DNA of 64,000 nt, taken from positions 1,922,001 through 1,986,000 of the forward strand of contig JAMWBK010000001.1 in the NCBI GenBank assembly GCA_029953675.1, written 5' to 3'. The stretch is from Rhodosorus marinus CCMP1338. Lineage: Eukaryota > Plantae > Rhodophyta. Below are positions 11,582-23,884 of the stretch, piece after piece. Under the pieces are notes generated by a model, which was not told where the DNA came from, ran no database searches, and saw nothing but the letters and a program-made list of their open reading frames with translations. Every line of letters starts with the position of its first letter. Within the stretch, counting starts at the first letter, position 1. A program made the position numbers and the translations under genes.

Positions 11582-12242
11582 TATATACAGCCTGTCCTTA
11601 TCGAGATAGGAACTGGAAAAACGCCCCAAACAAGGCAGGAGCAGGGCAGTTTAGAGAATTCATAGGCAGTGTTAGGCAGATTCAAAGTGCTGGAAAGACA
11701 AATGTAATCGGCTGTCCTTGAGGATGTAAACCTCAACTTTTTGTCTGCCCACATCCCCGCAGCTACCCTTGCTCCAGGAAGAGCTTGGAGAAGATGAGAA
11801 CCAATAACGCTTCGCTCCGATTCGAGTCGGCGAACACGTATGTGCCGCGTACGTGTCAGGATATATAACACTACAAGACTGCACACAGAGAGAAACTGTT
11901 CTACAGATGCTGCGTTTGCCTTGGATTCTCTCTCTCCCCCGCCTGGGTTCACGCAGCGGATTTCGTGTGCACCGCCCCTCTGCTTTAGGCTTGGTTTATA
12001 GAGATTTCTAATCCGACGTCTTCAAGATACCCATTCTGAATATACAAAATGACGAGACTATAAAGATAGACAGGAAAGCCCATCACTAGTTCTCTCGACC
12101 TTGTTCGAGGATGGTTGACCTGTACGCCCTGTGGGAGGAGCATGCTGTCGGGAAGGACCATTGAGTGGAGATGAAAAACCGCACAAGCAAAGATTGGGTG
12201 AAAGCACTTTTGGAAGTTTTAATGATCCTGGAATAAGAAAGT

Positions 12243-13162
12243 ATGGGGATTCCCTTTGGTCGGCCAATGTATGGCAATAGCGGCGCGCAGGAATCGAACC
12301 CGTTGCTTGCAGGGCAGGAGGAGATCTACCCTCATCGATGGAGGGTAGTCTTTCTTTCATGGTTTCAGCTGTGAGTTCCTTCTTCTTCGATGACGGCTGT
12401 GAAACACTTGAAAAAGGAGAATTCTGACGTCCGTTTCCGAACGCGCTTCTGTACAAATCCTATCCAGTGTTTTTGGAGCTCTTGGATCGTTGCGAGGTCG
12501 ATTGTCGGGCATGACGAGGCTTGGCACAGGCGTACTAGGCGTATACGCCACATGGCCACCCTGTGAGAATAAAAATCGGCATGTACTCTTCTATTCAATA
12601 CTCAACCTATTGTGGGCAAGCGGGAGTCTGTTTTTTCTCCTACTGTTAGTGGCAGGAGACTTTGGCTTCTTCAAGTCGGTAAGCAAATTCTTGGGCTTTA
12701 GACTGTTGTATCAGCGGTCCGCTGGCACTCCGCGGGGATTGGCCTAGGGCTGCTTTCTCTTCTCATTTCGGTTTCTTTCAATTCTTTACTAGCGTGTTTA
12801 ACCTGGGAATTAGTGAGTTAGATCTCGTAGCGACGTTATGTACTTAAGGTGACTGTGTACTGCGTTCGTTGTTTCGATTGTTGCAGATCTTCAAGTATAC
12901 AGGCTCAAGCGAGGTGTTTCCCGAATTCGGCGACAAGCTCGGCGAAGTTGTTTCACTTCTTCACAAGAAAAATGGCAATGCCATGATTTTCCCCGCGATT
13001 CTAGACGTTGTCTTTCTCTTCCTCTCTGCCGTGTGGGGTTTTTCGCTATATTCGGAGATTACTCGCAGAAACCGAGCTGGTCTCCCCGTAACAAGGGCCT
13101 CAGGATATGGATCTGACGGTGCTCACTACTTTCCCGGGAGCGGGCAGCGTCTTGGACGGTGA
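12243..13162 (+). CDS. Hypothetical small multi-pass membrane protein (~198 aa) with a C-terminal FPGSGQRLG motif
   Basis: Hand-built, phase-consistent exons 12243-12370, 12468-12562, 12715-12812 and 12887-13162 with GT-AG introns. Three to four hydrophobic segments. Confidence 0.55.
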
Positions 13163-13194
13163 TTGTCGACTTCCTTCGATGTACTGCAGAAGCT

Positions 13195-15996
13195 TCAAGT
13201 TCCGTTTTGCTTGCCCTCTGCGTCGTTCGTGCCCTGCAGCGACATTTTCTGAAACTGGCTGGGATCCATTTGCTGTGGAGGGTACCCATAAGCACCATAT
13301 GGCGGAGGCATTGGAGCACCACCACCCGCCCCAGGAGCCCCACCATGACCTGGCGGTGGAGGTGGATAATATCCTCCATAATATCCCGGTGGTGCGTACA
13401 TGGGGGCTCCGGGTGCTGCTGGCCAGCCACCGGGTCCAGAAGAACTTTCCGAAGGTATAAACGCAGAGGATCCGTGAGACCCGCTCGACTGTTGGGCGGC
13501 GAGCGATGGGTTACCATCAACATCCTTCATAGATGGATTTCCTCCTCCGGAAGACATTCCTTCGGGGTAGCCAGATGCAGGCGCGCCGTAAGGAGGTGGC
13601 ACTCCACCATACGGATCGGGCATTCCAAAGAAAGTTCCGCCTGGAGGTGCATTGCTCCCTGGGTGCTGGGGAGGTACGCCGTAGTAGTACCCGGGTGGCG
13701 GGGGTTGCTGCGGCCAACCGGTACTACCTGGAGGTCCGCTCGGCGGAGGTCCGCTCGGCGGAGGCTCGTTTGCTGGAGGTCCGTTTGCTGGAGGTCCGTT
13801 CGGCGGAGGTCTGTTGGCTGGAGGTTCGTTCGCTGGAGGTCCGTTCAGTGGAGGTGGTCCGGCCGCCACGCCTGGTGGGACACCGTAGTACATTGGCTGA
13901 TTGTCACCGCTCGCCTTTTGGGACAAAACGTCTTTAGAAGACGCAGTCGATCCTCGTGCTGAAAATTCGCTTACGATGCTAACCGTATCAGCCCCGACTG
14001 GTGGCGGTCTGGGTTTGATCTTCTTCCTCTTCATATACTGCAAGAACTGGTCTGGAATTCTAGGAGTTACAGGAAACACAGGAAATGGAATAGACCAAAC
14101 GTTAGCGCGGAATTACTACCAGAACGCCACCAAGTACCAGAATGCTCACGAAAGCGCAAGAGTCTGCTCGCTTCCTGACAAGCTTACTCTTCCAGCACCT
14201 CAGAAGCAAGCAAGCCGGGACTCTTTTCGTATTTTCGGAAAGGAACAAATTGCACGATGTCAGCGTCCATTTTCTTGCCGTTCTCATTGGAAACTAGCGG
14301 CACTTTGTCGGCGTCCAGGACGTCCATAGTAGAGAAGTCCGCATTGCCGACACCAACAATAACTACCGACATTGGTAAAGCCGAAGCCTGAACGATTTCG
14401 TGGATAGTCGCTTGCAAGTCTGAAGATGAAATTGCACCGTCCGTGATGATCAACAAAATGGTATAGGACAGAGCTTCTGTTCTTTCGTTCTCTCTTGCAC
14501 CTGCGGCTACCGTTCGGATCACCTCAGAAAACACGGTCGGTCCAGACCTGTATAACACATCAAGATATGGGGTCAGCTACTTATGGCAGATTAGTTTGGG
14601 GTATTAAAGCTTTTCCTGAAGAACATTACAGTTTTGCTCTGCCCAAGGCCGAATAGTAAGCCTGGAGTACACCATCCGCGCCGAGGCAGTTGGGGTCTGT
14701 CGCGTTCCCGTTCAAATTGAAGCAGGCACTTGACGATTTGGGGGAATCAGGCAGCTTCGCACCGAAGCCATAGGTTGGAATTTGGTTGTCGCTGTCATAA
14801 TTCGCGAGGAGCTGTCCAACGGCGATGATAGCACGCTCATAATCATTCATACGCGCATCCGAAACGTGATGAAGTGAGGTTTTCAGAGCAGGGTTTCCAT
14901 TGGAGGCCGTGAAGTCAACAGCCACGGCAAGCTCGATTTGATGCCCGCCGGCGATGTAGTCTAGGAAAGACACCTCCTTCTCAATTCTGCGTTCCCTGAA
15001 TACGAGGTTTCCCACCCGAGCACCTTTCGCATCTGCGATTGGCGCTGTTTCTCCCTGGCTTCCAAACTTCAATGCTCCCCAAGACATAGACACTCTGCAA
15101 AGGAGAACACAAGTTTCAAAGCTACACGCTTAGTAACCGTTTCAGTCGTTTGCTCTTCGCATGCGAATAGAATAACATACCCTCCAACGAGCCTCTTGCT
15201 CAATTCCTTAGGTCCCCTATAAACGTCAATTCTTACAAGCGTCGCGTCAGTGAAGTGCTTGAGGGCTTGCATACGAACAACCAGTTTCTGGAAAGTAGCC
15301 AGGTTCGACTTCCCCTGTACTCTCCCAGATTCGCTCTTAGCCAAAAGCTGCCATTTGCCAGCACCCATCTCCGCTCGCACAGTTACCAAGCATGATGGTT
15401 TGCCAATACCACCCATTCTTAAATTATCTGCTTGTAAGCCTAGAATGAGAAATTCCTTCGCGGATAGTGACTCTTCGGCAGACACCTTGAGTTTGCCCCG
15501 GAACTTCTTCTTCCCTTTCGATTTAAGTCTGTCGTTATTTAGCACGAGCGATACACGCTGACCCCTAGATGTCAGAATCTACGAGCATACGCACAGAGGG
15601 GGGAAACAACCAAAACGTACTTTTCGTCAGAAATTAGTGAACTCGAAAGGCACGTTGTCGTGGCACTGAACACTTGCTCACCCTTGCAACATTAATTTCC
15701 GCAGACCCAATAAAGTCGTGCTTGTTAAGATCCTGGCTCTTCGCGTCCCTGTCATAAACCTCAAATTTGAAAGCCTGTACATGGTTGAACTCATACGGAG
15801 CAGTAACCGTCTTCTTAAACTTTGGGTTTTTGGAATTCATAATCGTCTCTGTCCTCCCCATCTCCCTCCACGGCGACACCTCATCTCCATCCTCAAACCT
15901 TTGGTAAACTACAACAAAAGGATCAGAGTGACTAAATACATCCAAATCTACCAACTCCTCGCCCTCAAAGGACAACTCAATCCTACTCCCACTCAT
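13195..15996 (-). CDS. Copine (C2-C2-vWA) with a long Pro/Gly/Tyr-rich C-terminal tail, multi-exon
   Basis: C2A (DLDVFSHSDPFVVV...GRTETIMNSKNPKF...FEVYDRD...HDFIG). vWA motifs VAVDFTASNG, YERAI, LLIITDG, PMSVVIVGVGNADF and DIVQFVPF. Confidence 0.93.
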
Positions 15997-16119
15997 ACTT
16001 CACCCCGCCCCCTTTTCCCCCCCCCACTCCAAAAAACCTCGAAAACAAACAAAAAAGTGTACACAAATATTAAACCCAGTCTTCCCTCCCTAACACCCTT
16101 CACCCACCACTCCTAACCC

Positions 16120-17200
16120 TCCCTCCACCCTCCCCACCCTCTACCAACAACTCCCTCACTCACTCTGCTTCCTTTTAGAAGCCCAACAGATGTAAAAATC
16201 CATTCCGCCAAAAGCCCCTCACAGAAAAGAAAAGAACATTGGCCTTTAGAAAGTCCTATCCTCCAGCCCCACAAAAATTAATCTTTTTTCCATACCAACT
16301 TAAATTACAAAAAACAATTCATCGTGAGGGCGGAATCCATTGTTTTCTTTTCAAGAAAGAAAAACCTTATACTTCAACAAACATCTTTTTTGAGGAATAA
16401 TTCTGATCAAACGGCTTTTTTTAAGTGTATTTCGAATCTATGAAAGATGGTTGCGGTAGTCTTTATGATAAGAACTTTTTCAATGGGGTAGGGTGATATC
16501 GTCAAATATTGTATACGTTGCTTATTTCAATAAAAAAGGTCTTAAGTACTTTTTGCCGGACAAGTGTTCCGGGGGGGCGGGGGCTTATACTTGGTTTAGT
16601 AAATTCGAAAGTGCTGACATGGCGGCTGAGTCAATTTTTGTTTTCGTTTTGTTGAAATATTTGAAAGAATAATAGAATAAAAATCGTGTCTCAAATTTAA
16701 AATTTTGAGGTTGCTGATAGAATATTGGATTTTATTAACATTATGTCAATATGGCAATTTTCGGTTCTTTTTGGTGCCCCCAATTTTGCCCCCTAATTTT
16801 TGCCCCCTATTTACGATGCCTTATTGAAATTTTGTTATTTGGATATAATTGGGAGGTCAATACATTGGTTTAGCTTTTTTTTTGTTTTTGATGAGTTGTC
16901 GTTGGGGAGTGAGTTTCGAGGGGAGAGTGATCGGAAAGGATCCATGTCCACAAACTGTCAGGAGGGCTGTCGTACTAATCGATGGCAAGGTAGAGCATAA
17001 AGGAAGTGAATGGATGCAAGCTTTCTACGTTTTTGTGAACTGAGAGGGTGTATGGTGATATATATCGTTGAATTGGTGCTATTGGTTTGGGTGTGTGTCA
17101 TTGATGTTGAGGGTCCTTCTGCCTGGTTTTTTTTTTTTGCTCCGAGTTGTTATTACGGCTATATCATCGTTCCCCCTCGAAAGAGGGAGGAGGGTATTCT
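16120..17200. promoter_or_regulatory. Probable divergent promoter region (copine / hypothetical gene)
   Basis: AT-rich ORF-free core, flanked left by C/A-rich and right by G/T-rich tracts leading into oppositely oriented start codons. Confidence 0.45.
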
Positions 17201-17204
17201 CATC

Positions 17205-17672
17205 ATGGGTGAAAAAAAAGTGCGAAGGAGTTCACGGAGGAACGTTGGTACAATCCACGAGGCATGAATACCCACTTGCCAAACCTGCATGAATGGAACT
17301 CGGATCGGAGTGCCTATGCTATCAATTTTTGCTCTGCGCGGGCTCGAAGTGTGTCAATAGGTTTGTCTTGGGTGAATAAACGTCTAGGAGCTTTGGTTAG
17401 CTCCTACAGCTCCTCACTCTATGACTATTAAAGATCGAGCGGGTCGCTGGTCCAATTCGTTAGCTAGTTTCTTCAGAAAACGTATTTCCGTTTGCCGGGT
17501 GGGCCTTGTTTACCTGCACTGTCAGTTCTTCACTGTCAGCCCGTCAGGTAATTTTTTTCTTCCGATTTTCGAAGAATCAATCTAAACAGTGCAAGGCCGC
17601 AGACGAAGAACTGTCAACTCAGCCGCTTCTGTCGATGGTGGGAGTGCTAGTCTTCCGTACTCGCTTCTCTGA
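17205..17672 (+). CDS. Hypothetical protein (~130 aa, 3 exons); needs +1 A in the A8 run at 17212-17219
   Basis: Two phase-1 GT-AG introns join open frames (EFTEERWYNPRGMNTHLP... / APHSMTIKDRAGRW... / VQGRRRRT...LL*). The ATG is out of frame unless the homopolymer is A9. Further downstream exons (17941-18353) are possible. Confidence 0.4.
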
Positions 17673-18314
17673 AACTAGAATTGGGCTCCTGTGAAACACT
17701 GCATCCACTAACACTTGCTCGCTCACTGATGGCGAGAGTAGCAGCGTTTTAATGCGCTTCGCCCGCCCCCTGCATGGCTGGGTGGAGAAACTCGAGCAAG
17801 CGGATTCCGGTGCCATCTAGAGGACACTCCTCCGCATCCAAGCTCTCAATCAAACGTGATTTGAAGTAAGTCATTTATTTCGTTAGCAAGTACCCGAAAG
17901 TGAAGTTTGCTCATCCTATCTTGTCCCGTCAAATGTACAGCTCAAACCGTCAACCAGAAGCGTGGACCAGTCCCTTAAAGACCTAATTCCTACGTCCCCA
18001 AAGGGCGGAGCGATTCTTGCAGCCCGAACGACTCAGACACATATGAAGACTTCCATGATCCGATGCAGAACCATCCGATCTATCTATCTCTACCCGTCAC
18101 AGACACCATCGCTCCTGAAAACCACGCGAGCTCCTCAAGCACGATCACGACCACAGGAGCACCTTCCAATCTCATCTATAACAAGAACGGTAGCAGGGTT
18201 CGAACTTTTACGGCCTTTCTATCCCCACAGCTGAGGGAAAATATCCTCGGTCGCCTTTCGAGTCCTCTGATTGGCGTGTTAATGTTGATAACAAGCGCAT
18301 GTGAAGTCGTTGTA

Positions 18315-21051
18315 CTACGTCTCTCTACGCTCGACCTGGTCTCCAATTCCTAAACTCCCGGCTTTCATCGCCCTGGCTGCAGCTGTTGATTCAGACTCTA
18401 GTGCTCCAGCGGTCCCAGTCAACGCCAAGTCAGCAAAGCTAGCCGCAGCAAAACTTGCGTCGATCGTTGAGGTGCCTTCCTGTGACCCCTGGACGCGACC
18501 TGCTTCGACGTAGTTCTCTTGCTGACCTCCATACGCAGTTCCGCTTCCAGGTTTTGCACGATCCTGATCTCTAGATGAACGCGACCCAGAAACGTTGCTC
18601 CCGCCAATGATCCTTCCGGCTTGGAAGGGAGACGGACTGTACGATCCAAACTTGATTTCCGCTCTAACATCGTCATCATCCCCCTGCATCGTCTTTGGGA
18701 GCTTGACGACGCTACCAGATGGACCAACCTTAGACTTCAGGCTTATCTCTTCCCGCCTCGCGCTAGATCCTGGTGCCTGAGCGCCGTTTTGCCCTTCAGC
18801 ACTGTAGCTCCGCGCAACAGAGTCACTCGCCGGCGGAGGTAACGACCCCCCTCGGCCGTTCCACGACAGCGGATGACCGAGTAGTCTTCCTTGTATGAAC
18901 GGGTGGCATAACGCCTCGCTCGGTGTCCAGCGACGTTGTGGATCAATCTGTTAAAAAAATAAGAGATACAAGAGCCTAAATGAGTACTCGTCTCCTCCGT
19001 CGACTACATTTCCTCTCGACATAATCGAAGCGCGCTATATCGCAAACACCGCACCTGGAGCAAGCCAATGATGAAGTCCGCAAAACACTCCCGGACTGCA
19101 ACATCATGATGTGTAGCTTGAGCTCGATATGGGTAGTCCCTTACGATATCGACAAGCATTTTTCTCGGAAAATATCTGGTCCATGTTCTGTAATCCACGC
19201 CTCGCTCTCGAGCTAGCTGCTCCTCGCTTTTCAAAATAAAAATTGGCTCGCCCGCATCTAACAACAAGAAATACGAAACCGGTCACTCAGCCTCCGCACA
19301 CTACTAGGTATCTCGTCAACAACAAAAAGTGCTTCCCGATACTTACGGGTAGAGATGTTGAAGTAAGTAGGCGCCTTTGCACAGTTGACCAGCATCTCCC
19401 GGGCTGGACAGTCTATCATCTCGATGATTCTGTACACCATGTTCTCCTCACTGTCCCCTGGGAATAGAGGCAAGCCCAGGAACAGTTCTCCTATAATTCA
19501 AGGCATAGCATAGATGACAAATTCTTCAGACGCGGTCTACTCCACTATTCGAACCCTGGTATATTGACGCACCTGCAATGCACCCAAGACTCCACATATC
19601 GATCTTGGCGTCGTATCGCATGCTAAGGAGTACCTCTGGGGAGCGGTAAAACCGGGACTGCACGTATGAGTACACGACTTGATCATCCTGCACAAGAGCA
19701 GCCGAGGATGAGCAAAAAGCTTTAGCGAAGTCATGCATTATCGCGTGAAAAAGAAAAACAAGCCGGTACTGGCCTACCAGACAAGCAGAACCGAAGTCAA
19801 TAACTTTGATGACGGTTGAATTAATGTCTTGCAGTAAAATATTTTCAGGCTTCAGATCGCAATGGATGATTCCAGAACGTTGGAGCACTTCGAGCGTTGT
19901 TAGTATTTGTTTTACAAAACTCAGGAGTAATCCAAGACCTGGTTCCAAAGAGCTACCAAGGTCAGCAACCGTACCAGAAACGGTACAACACCAACACCAT
20001 ACGTCCTCGCTGCAGGAACTCAAAAGCTTACCGAGTCCACGAAACTTGTTCTGCTTGATCAAGTCAAACAAGTTGATGCTCAGCTTCTCGAAGACGAGGC
20101 ATAGGTGGTTGCGAAACTCAAAATGCCCGAGAAGCATAACAATATGCCGCACGTCCTGTGATCACAACAATTTCCGATTGTGAGCCACAGCTCTTCCAGA
20201 AATCTGAGGAAGAGGCCTAGCATCACACTAAAGCGTCAAATCCTCACCTCTGCAGAGTTGTCCCTATGGATTTTCTGTAGAATTTTCACTTCCATCTGCG
20301 CTTGTCTGAAATACGCTGGCGAATTCTTGATGACTTTGATCGCAACACATTGGCCACTTGACAAGTGCCTACACTTCACCACCTAAGATTGAGCAGCGCA
20401 CATAAACAGTCGCTGATTAGTACCTCAGGATAAGGCTCACTCTACCGCCGTTATGCAGCCTAAACACAGGTTGTGGTCGCACCTGGCCAAAAGTTCCCGT
20501 GCCCAGCAACTCAATGACGATGTAATCGTCTCCCTCCGGTGAGCTCAAAACATCATTCGCGTGAAGGATGTAGTCAAAATCTTCGTTGTCGTATCCGTTA
20601 TTTAATACTCCGCTGTCCTTCCTAAAAATGACATGATTTCGTAGACAACCGAGCCCTTGATCAGATCCACAAACCTAAAACAGAATATCCTCATTCACAG
20701 GAACAACAGCAACTTACGTTGTGAGCACCCTCCTAGGATTGGCATCCGTGCTGTAGCGGAACCCCGGACTACATTGTCTGTAAGTATCCAGCAAGTGCAA
20801 AGTGGCCCTAGTCATTTTCTACAATATAGATTAAGACAGGAAGAAATTTGAGACCAATGCACTGCAGTGGATGGCATTCTAGGCCTTGGACGTAAACCTT
20901 CCGACACGCGCTTGCTTACCCGCTCCGTGGACGGTCTGTTTTCACTTCGAAACCCTGTCCGAGGCGCGTACACCTGAAACCTTGGTATCGGTCTACTCGC
21001 CATGTCGGGATCGCTAGGATTCCTGGACGAGCCGTGTCCCGCATGATCCAT
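18315..21051 (-). CDS. YAK1: YAK1-type DYRK family dual-specificity protein kinase, multi-exon
   Basis: YAK-specific N-terminal segment (YRQCSPGFRYSTDANPRRVLT...NNGYDNEDFDYILH) and kinase motifs LGTGTFGQV, VAIKVIK, HCDLKPEN, DFGSAC, YVQSRFYRSPE and DMWSLGC. The exact 3' end is less certain. Confidence 0.92.
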
Positions 21052-21099
21052 AACAATCCGCTCGGCAGCGGAGGGAGGCTCTCCCCCTCCCTACCTAGT

Positions 21100-22600
21100 C
21101 CTCACTAAGTACCCCTATCAGCGATCCGTCGTCCCAGCTACCTTTTCCCCAGTTCCTTCCCCCCACGCCAGCAAAGAACAACTGCGTAAGACTTCTATTC
21201 TATCCAAAATAAAAACCAGGACATGGCCTTCGCGCTTCTTCCCAAAACGAAAAACAAACTCTCAAACTAGCAGATGGTTCAACGGATCAACCATCCATCT
21301 CACGTCTGGAAACATTCCGCCCTTATAAATTTCCATAAGTTCAAAACCTCGCTCTATCACAAAACCTCGGGTCTCTCTCGTCCAACACAGTACCAGCGCC
21401 TCCTTCCTCCTTCTTGCTCCTCTGAAATCCCAAAAACTATTTTAAAAAACACACCCAAAACGTCTCCAAAACAAAAATTAAACCTCCACCTTTTAACGTC
21501 CTTTGATCATCCTATATACATCCAACCTCCTCAATTCCTTCTCGTCCTCATCCTGCCATTCATCAAAAATCAACCAAACAGCTCTCCAGCAGATGAGCGA
21601 GCCCCTCCCACCCGCCCCCCCCCTTACGTCCCCACCACCAACCTCCCCTCCTTCCACCTCAAAATCTTGTCCAATATCCAACCTTCAGAAAACCATTCCT
21701 TCAAAAAGGAGCTCCCCTCGTCCCCTCTCCCCACCCCCCTCTAACCAAGCGCCTTCCAAAAAAATTGCCCCATCACCAAAAACGTTTCCCGCACCACAGA
21801 CACACCTTATAAACCACTTTTTTGGTTTCTCTCCTTCGCTGCTATCATGTCCATATGCCCAACATGCTCTCCAAATCCTCTAAATCCTCAACATGAATAC
21901 TAAATGAAGTCTATCTTTCTCTAAACAAAACAAATCAAGAAGAAATTTCTCTGTTTATCGTCCAAATATCCTATTTTAATGTTTCCTTTGTTCTAAACTC
22001 CTTAATAGAATCCAAATTAAAGCCCTCCCGCCCCACCCCCTCTTCGAACCCCCCCCCCCCCCCGCCCGCCATAAAATAGCCCCCATAATCCAAAATGAAT
22101 TGAAAAGAAAATCTTCCAGTGTCCCAAAAAACCCTGCAAAACCATTAAAATCGAGATGAGGGAATAGTATCGGGGGTAGTAAATATTCTTCAATTGGTTG
22201 CTGAATAGCAATATTTATTCTTTTTTAGTACGATTTGTGCTTTGTTGATGAATGAAAGGGGGGATAGGCTTTGTTGTTGGATTAGATTTTATTGTTTTAC
22301 TTGAACCCTGAAAGGGGGGGGGATATGTGAAATTGTTGGAGGTGTGGAATGCTGTGTTGTGAAACGATTACCCCTATGGTGACGACGATCTTATTTGTTA
22401 TTTGTCAGTAAAAATTATTTTATGAAGTTATTGTTTGGTTTGGTCACCCACCCCCCTTCCTTATTTGGAGTTTTAGTTCGGGTTCATGAATTTTGGGATG
22501 CAAGTTTCCCGTCCCCTCCCATAGCTGTATTTTGAGGGGTTTGATTTTCTGGCGTTCGTTTCCTTTTTTTTTTCTCACCTTTTTTGGCCAAATCTGGATG
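21100..22600. promoter_or_regulatory. Probable divergent promoter / long leader region upstream of YAK1
   Basis: C/A-rich then AT-rich then G/T-rich composition switch with no credible ORF. Confidence 0.4.
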
Positions 22601-23884
22601 GACGATGAAGATGAGGAGTCGCACATCAGTCCACTTGGCAGATGACTTTTCATCCGTTTCTCTGATGACGATATTGGTTGGTATGACAACTGTCCACCGA
22701 ACAGTTTTGCTTAGGATGGAAGTCGACTTGATCTCGAGGATCTATAGTTGTTGCTAGGAGAAGGTGGAATGCACTTTTCAGGAGAGAAAATCGGTCAGCA
22801 CAGATGTTGGACACTCAAGTTCACATGACAAGCCGATCCCTTCCAGGATGATGTTGGAATCTTGGCGCTCCACGCGAAGTTACAGCGCTAGATCCAAGCC
22901 TAGGGTATCGCCCATCCCAGCTTACTGGTTTTGATACTCTCCGATTGCTCAAGACGGAAAGCTGAATACCGTGGATATCAAAGAAGCGCAGAATCGATGT
23001 CGTCTGCCCCGGAAGCGCAATAGGGACCAACCTGGGAAGCGGACTGGTTGTTCGTCGGCACTAACCGGGATATCACAGACGCGCAGTCTGGATCCGTCCG
23101 ACATCAGATACTCCGGATACAAGCAAGTAGCGAGGGAATCCTTGCTTAGCACTACATCGATGGAATCCTCTCGTTTTACAGGCACCTACCACAGGCCGTT
23201 TAGCTGCTGCGTTACTATGTTGACAGTGGATCCAATGAGGTCGGCTGAACAGAAACAGCAACGAGACCCGGGTTCCCCCTTTGATCTCCACGAGGTGTTT
23301 TCAACGAATCAGAGGTCTGACTCCAGACACCGCCAAAATCAGCACAACTTCGTCACAACTGAAGATCTGTGGACAACAGGCCGAACCCCGATTGCGCGGA
23401 AGAGCAATCCTCGAAAATTCCGAAGAATCCATTCTCCTCACCAGAGACCAAGCTGTTTAAGAAGGTGAAGCAACCATTGGGCTACAGAAAAAAACCGCCA
23501 GCTCTAATTTGGGCAAAATTGTACTGAATGAAAGCAATAACAGACATTCAGTCACACATGAGAATCCAACAAGAACCCCCCCCTGACCAGTCCTTCCTCG
23601 TGAAACACTGCGCTGATTTCCAGTGGAATGCAATGAAATTTATGAGTCTTGTCGCCCATGACAGAACCTTGTAGAAGCAGGAGAGCTTAGCATGCCTGGA
23701 CGCATAAACAAGGAGTAAGAAGCATAGGACCATCGGACCAGATCTTCTGTCTTGCCCTCCGGCTGTCTTAAATGATTAGACAACTAGCCTCCAACTGAGA
23801 GATTGCGATCAGGAAGGGCTTAGCTTGTCACAAGTTGATTCTTCTTTAATGCTTGCGGTTCGTCGGCTGAGATCAATTGCAAAG

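Noticed and set aside
12278-12306. tRNA-like T-arm/acceptor fragment on the minus strand (GGGTTCGATTCCTGCGCGCCGCTA), considered as a normal or permuted tRNA
   Set aside because: No complementary 5' acceptor strand, D-arm or anticodon arm upstream or downstream, the T-stem is imperfect, and the segment lies in exon 1 of the plus-strand membrane-protein model.
12650-12701. Possible 29-nt exon followed by a 23-nt intron (GTAAGC...TTTAG)
   Set aside because: A 23-nt intron is far below the other intron sizes here, and a simpler model (intron 12563-12714) keeps the frame. Only RNA-seq could revive it.
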